Virus record (IMG/VR): IMGVR_UViG_3300027852_000009
Span: 1 to 45,729 of that record
DNA from: a virus
Length of the DNA: 45,729 nt
Direction: 5' to 3' (one strand)
Both the position numbers and the translations under genes were made by a program. Positions within the stretch are counted from its first letter, which is position 1. Each line of letters starts with the position of its first letter. Positions 17,225-25,494 of this stretch are shown here, one piece after another. The notes under the pieces were generated by a model. That model did no database searches. It was given only the letters and a program-made list of their open reading frames with translations, and was not told the DNA's origin.

Positions 17225-17631
17225 ACATTCTAGCAGTCCTACAGGCCATCGCTCCGTCGATCTTCAAGATCATTGATGACGCTGTAGAAGACAAAGACAT
17301 GGCGAACAAACTCAAGAACGAAGTCTCTATGCAGATGCTCAACAACCAGTCGTCCATTGCTGATGCCTCAGCCAAGGTCGTCATGGCCGAAGCCTCAGGT
17401 GAAAGCTGGCTGCAACGCAACTGGCGTCCTATGCTCATGGTCTGGTTCTCCATCCTGATCGGGGGCTACTGGTTTGGCTTCGTACCTATCAACATGCCTA
17501 TCGAAATTGTAGGCAAGTTGTTCAACCTTGTGACCATCGGTGTAGGTGGTTATGTGGGCGGACGTACCGTTGAGAAAGTAGCCACCACTATCGCTCCAAT
17601 GCTTGGGAAGGTGACCTCTAAAGGGGCCTGA
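17221..17631 (+). CDS. Holin-like membrane protein (3-TM, GTA-type family resemblance)
   Basis: GTGA overlap with the endolysin stop. AEASGESWLQRNWRPMLMVWFSILIGGYWF plus further hydrophobic segments. Confidence 0.55.
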   Translation: MNILAVLQAIAPSIFKIIDDAVEDKDMANKLKNEVSMQMLNNQSSIADASAKVVMAEASGESWLQRNWRPMLMVWFSILIGGYWFGFVPINMPIEIVGKLFNLVTIGVGGYVGGRTVEKVATTIAPMLGKVTSKGA

Positions 17632-17739
17632 CGCTCGCTGTAAGGGGGTCCACAGTTCGATCTTCATCTTTCATAGGTGGATATCCCCTGTGGACCCTAA
17701 GGCTCCTGTACGGGAGCCAATGTACGATTTAAGTCTCTC

Positions 17740-17753
17740 TTGGATTAGTCCAA
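17740..17753. repeat. Element copy 9
   Basis: TTGGATTAGTCCAA plus AGGAGC between the holin stop and the bidirectional terminator. No gene follows in either direction. Confidence 0.9.
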
Positions 17754-17761
17754 AGGAGCAT

Positions 17762-17817
17762 AAAAAAGCCCCACAAAGATACCTCATTACGAGGCGTCCT
17801 TGTGGGGCTTTTTTTTT
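17762..17817. terminator. Bidirectional intrinsic terminator between the convergent arms
   Basis: AAAAAA-GCCCCACAA...TTGTGGGGC-TTTTTTTTT. A 9-bp GC-rich stem flanked by an A-run and a T-run. Confidence 0.85.
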
Positions 17818-17819
17818 GT

Positions 17820-18029
17820 TCATATCAGGTCGTCAGTCTCGACAACCTCTTCGACTTCAATACGCATGATACCATCAACAGGGATCATGACAATACGTTC
17901 TGGTGTAGTGAATGTGCTGACACACAGGAACCCCTCGTTGATGTTGATGTTGTTGGTGTCATCCAGGGTGAATTGTTCTTCCCCACCGTGATCGTTAATC
18001 ACAGTCAGGTTGTAGGTGTTGTTGTTCAT
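17820..18029 (-). CDS. Hypothetical protein (last gene of the leftward arm)
   Basis: 69 aa. ATGA overlap with the upstream gene. Stop abuts the bidirectional terminator. Confidence 0.5.
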   Translation of the reverse strand: MNNNTYNLTVINDHGGEEQFTLDDTNNININEGFLCVSTFTTPERIVMIPVDGIMRIEVEEVVETDDLI

Positions 18030-18232
18030 GTTGCATCCTTCAGTTCATACCGGGCGTACCGGCTTTTGGTTATTGCGTGGGTCTTCATCACGGCATCAAT
18101 GTCATGCCCAGCGTCCTTCAGGTCTTTGATACGTGCAGCCAATCGCGTGATGTTGTAGTCACGGTAGGCTTCGGCCTGAGAGATTGAACCAAGGCGTTTA
18201 AGATGCTTCAGCACTTTTTGGGCTTGTGTCAT
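18026..18232 (-). CDS. Small winged-helix DNA-binding protein (HTH_39-like)
   Basis: VLKHLKRLGSISQAEAYRDYNITRLAARIKDLKDAGHDI pattern. ATGA coupling on both sides. Confidence 0.5.
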   Translation of the reverse strand: MTQAQKVLKHLKRLGSISQAEAYRDYNITRLAARIKDLKDAGHDIDAVMKTHAITKSRYARYELKDAT

Positions 18233-18447
18233 TTGGGTTCCTTCGGGATTTCAGCCCATGAATGAAACCGACATACATCTCCCCAACCACCAACGATCCA
18301 GCAATGGCGACCTTCGACCATGTGGAACAGGTCATGGGGGATGGTGTGGGATAGCTGGACGCCGCAACAACCACCCACTTCAGAGAGGGTCATACCGTTC
18401 TTGGTGATCTGTTGGACGTACATGAGGGTGCGAGGTTTCTCTGCCAT
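18229..18447 (-). CDS. Hypothetical protein
   Basis: Internal ATG at 18447 preceded by GAGGAA. TAATG overlap with the upstream stop. Confidence 0.5.
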   Translation of the reverse strand: MAEKPRTLMYVQQITKNGMTLSEVGGCCGVQLSHTIPHDLFHMVEGRHCWIVGGWGDVCRFHSWAEIPKEPK

Positions 18448-18653
18448 TATGGGTTCCTCATGAGCCAAGCCTTGCGGCAATGTTGTGGATCGAACCAAAA
18501 GATACGATCTGTGATTTTGGTGAACAGGTGACTGCGCTTGCAGCCATTCAGTCGTCGTTCATGCCAACGGGCACACAGGGAGTATCCCTTAGGCCCCAAG
18601 GTCAGGTGGTTGGTGGTCACACTTAACCAGACCACCCAAGCGGGTAGCTCCAT
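18447..18653 (-). CDS. Hypothetical Cys/His-containing small protein
   Basis: 68 aa. ATG preceded by AAAGGAGAG. Confidence 0.5.
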   Translation of the reverse strand: MELPAWVVWLSVTTNHLTLGPKGYSLCARWHERRLNGCKRSHLFTKITDRIFWFDPQHCRKAWLMRNP

Positions 18654-18672
18654 CGTTCTCTCCTTTGGGTTT

Positions 18673-18864
18673 TTAGTGGATTGTCACTTCGTCAACCGAA
18701 AGGTCCAGAATGCTGGACAGTGGGATGACGACAACTGATACAGGCTCCGGTGCTTCAGCCAAGGTTAGCGCCAAGACACCATCTTCGATCTTCATATGTT
18801 CTGGGTCTGTGACTTCCCAAGAGGCTGTGTAACCATTGTTATAGTTGACGAAAACTTCGTACAT
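18673..18864 (-). CDS. Hypothetical protein
   Basis: ATG at 18864 preceded by element copy plus AAAGGAGAA. 63 aa. Confidence 0.55.
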   Translation of the reverse strand: MYEVFVNYNNGYTASWEVTDPEHMKIEDGVLALTLAEAPEPVSVVVIPLSSILDLSVDEVTIH

Positions 18865-18874
18865 GATTTCTCCT

Positions 18875-18888
18875 TTGGATGAGTCCAA
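18875..18888. repeat. Element copy 10
   Basis: TTGGATGAGTCCAA, upstream of the 18864 (-) start. Confidence 0.9.
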
Positions 18889-18946
18889 GGGACACCTGAA
18901 GAAAGGCAAAGTCTGACTTGCTAGGTGCCCCAAGGTTTTCGTTTCA

Positions 18947-19141
18947 TTAACTTTTGGGGTTCTCAAGGTTGGCAATGCGGTCCCAAAGCCCTTCGATCAG
19001 GTCAGCCATCATGTGGCGTTCCAATTCGGACAGAGGTTCACAGTGATCATGCCTCAAGAGGTCAACAACAATGGCAGGGTCAAACCCGTCTTCCATGTTG
19101 TTGATCTGGTTCAGGAGCCTCAAGGCGTGTGGGTTAGACAC
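18947..19141 (-). CDS. Hypothetical protein
   Basis: ORF overlapping the RNR stop. GTG start at 19141 (GTGTCTAA overlap) is my choice; an alternative ATG lies at 19096. Confidence 0.4.
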   Translation of the reverse strand: MSNPHALRLLNQINNMEDGFDPAIVVDLLRHDHCEPLSELERHMMADLIEGLWDRIANLENPKS

Positions 19142-20840
19142 CACAAGAACCCCCTTTGCCAGAGATGTCACAGATGTCGTGGGTCTGCACGGCCTCCGAG
19201 AACTCCTGCCCAAGCTGGGTCACAGCCTCGTTGTAGGGTACGTGGGTTAGAGGTTGGCCACCCCTTGCGCCATCGGGATAGCAAGTGAAACCACGTAGTC
19301 TGGGAGCGTAACGAGCCAGAGTACCGGCGAAGTCAGAAACAGTGTCTTCATTGTTGTTCTCCGACCCCCAAGCGGGGAGGTTGATGGTTGAGGAAATAGC
19401 TTGGTCAACATAGTCCTGAACATCAGCTTGGAACTTAATCCGGCGCTCATAATCAAGAGCTAGATCACCAGCACTTTCAATCTTGTCAGGGTCAGTTCCA
19501 TAGCGCTCAATCATCTCTTGGGCTGTGCCATCGACCACATACTGGTACACCCATTCAGATGTCCCCTTCAGGTATCGTCGCTTGTAGGCAACGGCATAGA
19601 GGGGTTCGATCCCAGTGGTTGTTCCAGCAAGGATACCAATGGAGCCTGTTGGTGCGATAGCCCGGTTAGCCACGGGGCGGCTGACGCCAAGGGCATCTGC
19701 TGTTGATCGTGAAGTCTGATCAGAAACTGACTTCCAGATGTCGAGCCATTCGTGGAGTTCAGGGACGACTTCATAACGGTAGCCACGTTGTAGCAACCAT
19801 TCGTGAACCCCCATAAGGCCAAGACCCAATCGGCGGTTCTTTTGACGTACCAAGTCGATCTTGGCAAAAGGCATTTCTGCCTTCAGGGTGCCACAGATCA
19901 GAAATTTGGTGGCCAGTGCTGTAACGTCTTCCAGATCGTCTTGCGACGTGATCCGTGCCAGATTGAGAGAGCCAATATTGCAGACATCACTATCATCTTC
20001 AGACGTGACTTCCGTGCAGGCATTGCGAAGTGTTTCATTTTCTTTCTCGAAGAAGTTGAAGGAGAAGCCCGGTTCGGCTGTGCGAAGGGCTTGCTGGACG
20101 TTCTTGATGAACACAGGATCAGTGGCATTACCTGTGAAACGGTCACACAAGTGGTGGTCATCCATCGGCATCAGCCAATCGGTCTTGTAGTTGACCGAGA
20201 TGTTCGTCATGTCCAGCGGGGCAGGGAAGTTGAAGTCCTCCTGCTTAATGTCCCAAAAGGTCTTCCCAGTGTTCCCCACGGGCATCTCATCCCAGTTCTT
20301 GCTGGTCATGAAAGCGAACACGTCAGGATGTGTCCTGTCCAGTGAGGCGTAGAGGGCAGATCGACGGGAGCCACCTTGCATGACATTCCGACCAATCTCA
20401 TTGATCATCTGCATCTTCGGGATAGGCCCAGAGGCATGACCACCTGTGCGGGCGATGATGGCTCCGCTATGACGATAGCGGCTATAGTCGTTGCCAATAC
20501 CGCCTCCGGTCATCAGAGCATTCTCTACCTTCCATGAGAGGTCTGCCCAGTCTTGTCTTGTATCCTCTTCAGAACGGAACAGGTAGCAGTTGTTGAAGTA
20601 TTTGTGGGGCCTGCCAGCGTAGTAGAGATAGCGACCACCGGGGACGAACTTCAGGTTGGTGATGGCGTCAATGAGGGCTGAGATTTCATCGGCGGGTAGT
20701 AGGTCACCACAGACATCACGAACGAGAGTGTCAGCCAGCTTGGCCCATGTCTCAGAACCTTCGTGAGCATATTTGTGGTTGAAGATGTCCTCGCTAAATT
20801 TGGAGCGGAACATTGGGTTGATGTTAGATTTGAATGGCAC
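19134..20840 (-). CDS. Ribonucleotide reductase catalytic subunit (class II-like)
   Basis: GGGIGNDYSRYRHSG..., QGGSRRSALYASL, active-site-like RNACTEV, C-terminal Cys pair CDISGKGGSC. GTG start with AAAGGAAG. No separate beta subunit gene was seen, which fits class II. Confidence 0.85.
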   Translation of the reverse strand: MPFKSNINPMFRSKFSEDIFNHKYAHEGSETWAKLADTLVRDVCGDLLPADEISALIDAITNLKFVPGGRYLYYAGRPHKYFNNCYLFRSEEDTRQDWADLSWKVENALMTGGGIGNDYSRYRHSGAIIARTGGHASGPIPKMQMINEIGRNVMQGGSRRSALYASLDRTHPDVFAFMTSKNWDEMPVGNTGKTFWDIKQEDFNFPAPLDMTNISVNYKTDWLMPMDDHHLCDRFTGNATDPVFIKNVQQALRTAEPGFSFNFFEKENETLRNACTEVTSEDDSDVCNIGSLNLARITSQDDLEDVTALATKFLICGTLKAEMPFAKIDLVRQKNRRLGLGLMGVHEWLLQRGYRYEVVPELHEWLDIWKSVSDQTSRSTADALGVSRPVANRAIAPTGSIGILAGTTTGIEPLYAVAYKRRYLKGTSEWVYQYVVDGTAQEMIERYGTDPDKIESAGDLALDYERRIKFQADVQDYVDQAISSTINLPAWGSENNNEDTVSDFAGTLARYAPRLRGFTCYPDGARGGQPLTHVPYNEAVTQLGQEFSEAVQTHDICDISGKGGSCGV

Positions 20841-20874
20841 TTACTTCCTTTCGTATAGTTGCAATGAGGCTCCC

Positions 20875-20888
20875 TTAGATAAGTCCAA
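20875..20888. repeat. Element copy 11 (variant arm)
   Basis: TTAGATAAGTCCAA. Outer arms GAGGCTCCC / AGGAGCCTC (20866-20897). Upstream of the RNR start. Confidence 0.85.
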
Positions 20889-20902
20889 AGGAGCCTCGGT
20901 GT

Positions 20903-21016
20903 TCACAGTGCGATGAGCAGGGTGAGCCAGACCGGAGCGGTCATGGCTAGGACAACCACAGCAAAGAAATAGAAGATGATTGCCATCCCCATGGCGTTAG
21001 TAATGAGCGCCTTCAT
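20903..21016 (-). CDS. 37-aa hydrophobic micro-protein
   Basis: MKALITNAMGMAIIFYFFAVVVLAMTAPVWLTLLIAL. ATGA overlap with the MazG-like stop. Below the ORF-track size cutoff. Confidence 0.45.
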   Translation of the reverse strand: MKALITNAMGMAIIFYFFAVVVLAMTAPVWLTLLIAL

Positions 21017-21570
21017 GCAGCGACCTTTGCGCGTTCCTGCATTGCCAGGTATTGCCTCAATACATGCTTAGCCACTTCGGACATGTCAGGTTCGACATAG
21101 TTTGGCCCTTTGGTGACCTTTCCCACTTCGTTGCGGATAGGGTTACCATCGTCATCTAGTTTGGACATGTTGCTGTCATGGACCAGTTCAAACGAGTGCA
21201 TGATGTCGTGTCCGTCCAAGAATTCCTGCTCGGCCAGAGTGATCAGGTTGTTCGTATACGCAACCAGCCCCAAAAGTTCCCCATCGTCCACCAGCATGGC
21301 ACCAGCGGCTTCCTTGGCGTCATCATCAGCGTATTCCAAGGCCACCAGAAGGCCGGTAACGACATAGAGGTAGTCACCAATTTCTTTCATCAGGTTGCCA
21401 GCGTTCTCGGCATTGACATCGGCCTGCATGATCTGGGCCGCTTCAATGACTTCCTTGGCCTCTTCGCGGATCAGTTCGTACTGGAAGATTGGTGTGACCG
21501 AGACATCAAAGGCTGTGTTGAATTCCTTCACCATTGCAGTGAAGGCAACAGCGTGTTTTGGATTAGGCAT
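21013..21570 (-). CDS. MazG-like nucleoside triphosphate pyrophosphohydrolase
   Basis: All-alpha NTP-PPase pattern EEAKEVIEA...MKEIGDYLYVV and C-terminal VHDSNMSKLDDDGNPIRNEVGKVTKGPNYVEPD. ATG at 21570 preceded by AAAGGA. Confidence 0.6.
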   Translation of the reverse strand: MPNPKHAVAFTAMVKEFNTAFDVSVTPIFQYELIREEAKEVIEAAQIMQADVNAENAGNLMKEIGDYLYVVTGLLVALEYADDDAKEAAGAMLVDDGELLGLVAYTNNLITLAEQEFLDGHDIMHSFELVHDSNMSKLDDDGNPIRNEVGKVTKGPNYVEPDMSEVAKHVLRQYLAMQERAKVAA

Positions 21571-21751
21571 TGGTCGGTCCTTTCGACTTTGGGGCTTTCT
21601 TGGGTGTAGCTTTGGTTTCTTTTGGCGGGGCAGGGGCCAGCATTCCAGCAGCTTCAAACAGCGTGTCGGCATCGGGGGTTCGTCCCCACAGCATTTGCAG
21701 TTTATTAGCGATGTTGGTCAGTCGGAGATGGATGGGATCATTGGGGTTCAT
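21563..21751 (-). CDS. Hypothetical protein
   Basis: 62 aa with a Lys/Pro-rich C-terminus. ATGA coupling to the upstream gene. Confidence 0.5.
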   Translation of the reverse strand: MNPNDPIHLRLTNIANKLQMLWGRTPDADTLFEAAGMLAPAPPKETKATPKKAPKSKGPTNA

Positions 21752-21903
21752 GCGTTTGCCTCCGCATCGGAGCGCCCAGCATCGTAACCATCGTCGTAGC
21801 CAGCATCATAGCCTTCGGTGTGACCATCGTCGTAGCCATCCTTACGGGCCTCGTCAGTCAGTGCTGTCAGTTCAGCAGAGGTGAGTGTTGTTTCAAGTTT
21901 CAT
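21748..21903 (-). CDS. 51-aa protein with a (D/E)GYD(D/A)G repeat tract
   Basis: MKLETTLTSAELTALTDEARKDGYDDGHTEGYDAGYDDGYDAGRSDAEANA. ATGA overlaps at both ends. Below the ORF-track cutoff. Confidence 0.5.
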   Translation of the reverse strand: MKLETTLTSAELTALTDEARKDGYDDGHTEGYDAGYDDGYDAGRSDAEANA

Positions 21904-22712
21904 CGTGTAAGAGCCTTCCAGCTATGTGGATAAAGGGGTTTGATGATTTCAGCGACTTGTGTAGCGACCAGTTGGATTTCCTTCTGGGCATGGCTGTCAG
22001 ATCGTTGGATGAAGAATTGCGCCCAGCCATACAGTGATCCGGTCATGTGGAATTCAGTGTACATAGACTGAGGGAGGACCATTCGGGCCTGTTCGGCACA
22101 GATGCCAGCGTCGATCATAGAGATATATGTATCTACAGCGTCGTTCATTGCTTTACAGGCATTCGCACGGTGCCAATCGTTGTCTTGAATAGCCTCGTCA
22201 CTGGACCCTTGCTTCACATTGTCAGCAGCTTCACGCCATACCTCAGGCATGAAAAAATCAGGCTCATCAGTAACGTACCGACGACTGATTTCATTGACAA
22301 CAAAGCCAACCTGATGCTTGTGGATTTGACGTGCGACGAAGATAGGAACCTTCATGTGCAGGGAGATTTGGCAGTGACCAAAGGGGGTCCAATGGGAGGG
22401 CATGGATTTGACGTGGTTCAGGAGGTACTCAACATCTTGTTCATCACCATAAATCGCCCACTGCTCAAGTTCATCCTTAATTCCCTCCCAATCCCCTGAG
22501 GTACACCCACGGGCTAGGAAGTCGATCAGTCCTTGGTCGGCCTTGGATAGAGTTCCACCATTAAGGTCTTTCTCCCCAGCGGTTAAGTTGGGCCAAATAT
22601 CATCACCAATATACCCACCATTTTCCCACTCACTCGTCTTCCCAAAGCTGACCCGTGCAGCATTCACCACGGACAGATCGGTGCCCATGTGGTCGATGTA
22701 TGTGGTTTTCAT
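21900..22712 (-). CDS. thyX: FAD-dependent thymidylate synthase ThyX
   Basis: MKTTYIDHMGTDLSVVNAARVSFGK..., ...ISRRYV (variant of the RHRxxS...SxRY motif), FIQRSDSHAQKEIQ. ATGA overlap with the upstream gene. Confidence 0.75.
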   Translation of the reverse strand: MKTTYIDHMGTDLSVVNAARVSFGKTSEWENGGYIGDDIWPNLTAGEKDLNGGTLSKADQGLIDFLARGCTSGDWEGIKDELEQWAIYGDEQDVEYLLNHVKSMPSHWTPFGHCQISLHMKVPIFVARQIHKHQVGFVVNEISRRYVTDEPDFFMPEVWREAADNVKQGSSDEAIQDNDWHRANACKAMNDAVDTYISMIDAGICAEQARMVLPQSMYTEFHMTGSLYGWAQFFIQRSDSHAQKEIQLVATQVAEIIKPLYPHSWKALTR

Positions 22713-22966
22713 TTGTCCAAACCTTCCATACGAAACTGACACGCAAGCAGAGCGTCATGTTCCTCTTTGGTGATGATCACACACGGAACCACTTCCAAGA
22801 TTTCCTGATCATCAAACCGGTCTTGTTTGCGGCCATAGCGGTAAGGCTGTGCGTTGTTCCAAGCGTTCTTGGCGTGACCAGGGGCTGACCACACCTGCTT
22901 ACCGCGATGGGTTTTGAAGCGATCACCAGTGGTCTTGTTTTGGATTGCAAATATGTTCATGTCCAA
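22709..22966 (-). CDS. Hypothetical protein
   Basis: 85-aa ORF translationally coupled to thyX. Confidence 0.5.
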   Translation of the reverse strand: MDMNIFAIQNKTTGDRFKTHRGKQVWSAPGHAKNAWNNAQPYRYGRKQDRFDDQEILEVVPCVIITKEEHDALLACQFRMEGLDK

Positions 22967-23274
22967 TCTACTCCATTATCAATGATGTGTTTCCGATAGA
23001 CAGCCCGCTTGAGCCTCAGGGCCTCCACAGCGCTATCAATGACGCTGCTCATGTCAGCGAATGTTTCGGCCAACAGTTCCCACTCAAGCAGAGAGTCGGG
23101 ATTGTCGGTCATGTCGGCCTCTTGGAAGTCCTCGGCAAATGCTTCGAACAACTCTTCTCGGTCGATGGTCAGAGAGCCAAGTTCCACGTCTGTGTCACCC
23201 ACATTCAGGGTGCAGACTATGGAGCCATCTTGGGTGTCCCAGTTCAGGTTCAGTTCAGTGTCAGCCATTGCCAT
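22957..23274 (-). CDS. Hypothetical acidic protein
   Basis: 105-aa ORF overlapping its neighbours by a few codons. Confidence 0.5.
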   Translation of the reverse strand: MAMADTELNLNWDTQDGSIVCTLNVGDTDVELGSLTIDREELFEAFAEDFQEADMTDNPDSLLEWELLAETFADMSSVIDSAVEALRLKRAVYRKHIIDNGVDWT

Positions 23275-23488
23275 TCATCCATCTTGTTTGTGTGATTTCA
23301 GTGATTTCTTCGAATGCCTTTATGGCGTCCTTGGATTTGGTGTACCGTCGATCAATTTGATCAACAGAGAACGGACCCATTACTGGTCTGAACCTCCTAT
23401 AGACCTCCGCGTTACAAAAACGCGACAACAGGTCTGGGGGTACGTCTGTTGTTGGGATTTCTCCCCAGATTGTTGCGAAGTATTCCAT
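23261..23488 (-). CDS. Hypothetical protein
   Basis: 75 aa. ATG preceded by element copy plus AAAGGAA. Confidence 0.5.
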   Translation of the reverse strand: MEYFATIWGEIPTTDVPPDLLSRFCNAEVYRRFRPVMGPFSVDQIDRRYTKSKDAIKAFEEITEITQTRWMNGNG

Positions 23489-23497
23489 GGGATTCCT

Positions 23498-23511
23498 TTG
23501 GATTAATCCAA
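23498..23511. repeat. Element copy 12
   Basis: TTGGATTAATCCAA, upstream of the 23488 (-) start. Confidence 0.9.
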
Positions 23512-23518
23512 GGGAGCC

Positions 23519-24220
23519 TTAGACGTGTTCACCACGTTGGTGCATTTCGATCATTTCTTCAGCGAACATCTTGATCTTGTTCAGATCATACAGAGGATCG
23601 ACGCCCTCTTTTTCACCCAGCCGGTAGCAAGCCTTGAAGACGTTTCCACGGGCAAAGGACATGCGCTGGGCGCTGATCAGATGTCGTAGTTCAGAGGCGT
23701 GTGCTGGGAAGTCGTAGTATGTAGTGTCAGCAGAACCGTCTGAGGTGCCTTTGGGGGCGTGTGTGGCCAGATTATCAAAGATAGCACCCACGGCCTGTTG
23801 TACGGGCTGTGTGGCCACCCTGAAGGTTGATGATGTGGTTGAGAAATTTGTCTCAGGTTTGTTGGTTTTGAGGGCTAGGCCCATCCAGCCTGTGGTAACT
23901 TCATACGTCTCACCCACGGTGAAGGAAGCGGTGTCAGTGGAGACACACACCAACTTGTCACCGAGGATGGTCTCAAGGTCTTGAAACGCCGCGACTTGGT
24001 TCTTATCCACGATGAATAGGGAATGGCTGTACTGGCTGTTTCGGCCCCGCTCGTTGGTTACATAGAGGTCAGAGTGGGTGCCATCTTGGCAAACCAAATA
24101 ACGCTGAGAGAGTGTGAAGACTTTGGTGCCGGGTGACTGCTTAACGCAGATCAGCGTGTCACCCTGTCGGGCACTACCGTTGTTCAGGATTTCTTGGAGA
24201 GTTTGGCCTTGGGTTCCCAT
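23519..24220 (-). CDS. Hypothetical protein with a C-terminal DUF3310-like domain
   Basis: C-terminus YYDFPAHASELRHLI...FARGNVFKACYRLGEKEGVDPLYDLNKIKMFAEEM matches my memory of the DUF3310 pattern. The N-terminus has two similar small beta-rich repeats. Confidence 0.5.
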   Translation of the reverse strand: MGTQGQTLQEILNNGSARQGDTLICVKQSPGTKVFTLSQRYLVCQDGTHSDLYVTNERGRNSQYSHSLFIVDKNQVAAFQDLETILGDKLVCVSTDTASFTVGETYEVTTGWMGLALKTNKPETNFSTTSSTFRVATQPVQQAVGAIFDNLATHAPKGTSDGSADTTYYDFPAHASELRHLISAQRMSFARGNVFKACYRLGEKEGVDPLYDLNKIKMFAEEMIEMHQRGEHV

Positions 24221-24960
24221 AGGGTCACTTTCTTTGTTTCAAAATCATAATCCCCATGTCTCAGAATGCGGGCCACACGGGCCATTGTCAGAGCGTATTC
24301 AGGGGTGAGGTTTTTCTGGATGAAGGCAGCTTCAGTAGCGGCCCAGAGTTGGTCGAGAGGGGCGATGTCAGGGATGACCTTGGTGGCCCCAACGATCCCC
24401 ACACGGGGGATACCCTTGTAGTTGTCGATGGTGTCTCCTGTCATGGCCTGACGCAGCCAGTTCAGGTTGGCTTCATCCTCAGTGAAGTGATGCCAATCAG
24501 CATGTTTCCGGCCATGAGATGACGGGATCATGAGGTTGCAGGGGATGGTAGCGAAGTCCTTGTCAGCAGAGATAGCCAAGGTCTTCTCAGGGAACTCAGA
24601 GCATCGAATGCCAATCAGATCATCAGCTTCAATACCCTCTTCGAAAATGGCGTCCATCCGGTCAATGACTTCGGCTTTCAACCCATCAAAGCAGGGGTGA
24701 CGTTCGATGTCCTTACGGTTGGCTTTATAATCTGGGTAGAGGTCATGTCGGAAGTTCTTGCCAACTGAATAGACCATATAGAAGTCCTTCAGCTTGCCAG
24801 CTTCCTTGAGCCACTTCGCCAGTATCCAATCGAAGTAATAGAGAGCCTGTTTCCAGTCGTAATTAGGCTCTCCATCAAAGTCCCTGTCCACGAATGACAC
24901 CGCCCTGTGAAGGATGATGTCAGCGTCGATGAAGGCGACGGGGTTCTTAGGTTTTACCAA
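24184..24960 (-). CDS. 5'-3' exonuclease / flap endonuclease
   Basis: N-terminal FIDADIILHRAV and the GIEADDLIG motif. TTG start overlapping the upstream stop (no nearby ATG). Confidence 0.75.
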   Translation of the reverse strand: MVKPKNPVAFIDADIILHRAVSFVDRDFDGEPNYDWKQALYYFDWILAKWLKEAGKLKDFYMVYSVGKNFRHDLYPDYKANRKDIERHPCFDGLKAEVIDRMDAIFEEGIEADDLIGIRCSEFPEKTLAISADKDFATIPCNLMIPSSHGRKHADWHHFTEDEANLNWLRQAMTGDTIDNYKGIPRVGIVGATKVIPDIAPLDQLWAATEAAFIQKNLTPEYALTMARVARILRHGDYDFETKKVTLWEPKAKLSKKS

Positions 24961-25238
24961 GATGAGGTGTCTGGGGTGTAGTCCATGCTACTGAGTGTCA
25001 TTTGTGATTCCACAATGTTAGTATTGAATTTCACCACACCAGCATCAGAAAGTGCCTTGCTAATGCCTGACACACAGTCACGATTACCGCCCGGTCCATC
25101 ATAGCCCCCAACCCGCCAAAGGATGGCTTGGAGTGTTGAGGCTTCATCCACAGTCATCAGCAGTTCGATCATGGGGGTTTCAATGGTCTCTTCGACCATC
25201 TTTGTTTCGAGTTTGGTTGTCTTGTTTGCTTGGGCCAT
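24954..25238 (-). CDS. Hypothetical protein
   Basis: 94 aa. ATG preceded by element copy plus AAAGGAG. Confidence 0.5.
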   Translation of the reverse strand: MAQANKTTKLETKMVEETIETPMIELLMTVDEASTLQAILWRVGGYDGPGGNRDCVSGISKALSDAGVVKFNTNIVESQMTLSSMDYTPDTSSW

Positions 25239-25249
25239 GGTTGGCTCCT

Positions 25250-25263
25250 TTGGATTGATCTAA
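25250..25263. repeat. Element copy 13 (variant arm)
   Basis: TTGGATTGATCTAA, upstream of the 25238 (-) start. Confidence 0.85.
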
Positions 25264-25487
25264 TGCAGCCTCTCAAAGTCGCTGTTGGTCAGCGGACTGG
25301 ATGGCCGGTTGTCATTGAAGTGGTTGATTACTTGGTAGCCTTGGAACTCCCCACGGGATTTCCTTGGTTTAACCACAGATTTACTGACGCGATCTGGGTA
25401 CTGAGATTTCACCAGACGTGCAGCTTTGTCAGCCGCCCCCTCCGACACGAAGAGAGCGACCGTTGGGTCAGAGTTGTCTTGAAGCAT
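25260..25487 (-). CDS. Hypothetical protein
   Basis: Internal ATG at 25487 just after the DNA polymerase stop (TAAGGAACCAATG). The longer ORF-track version would overlap the polymerase by 80 nt. Confidence 0.45.
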   Translation of the reverse strand: MLQDNSDPTVALFVSEGAADKAARLVKSQYPDRVSKSVVKPRKSRGEFQGYQVINHFNDNRPSSPLTNSDFERLH

Positions 25488-25494
25488 TGGTTCC

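Noticed and set aside
19803-20345. Plus-strand ORFs (19803..20345, 19861..20190, 19518..19706) within the ribonucleotide reductase region.
   Set aside because: Antisense to a well-supported 568-aa CDS, with no SD. Shadow ORFs.
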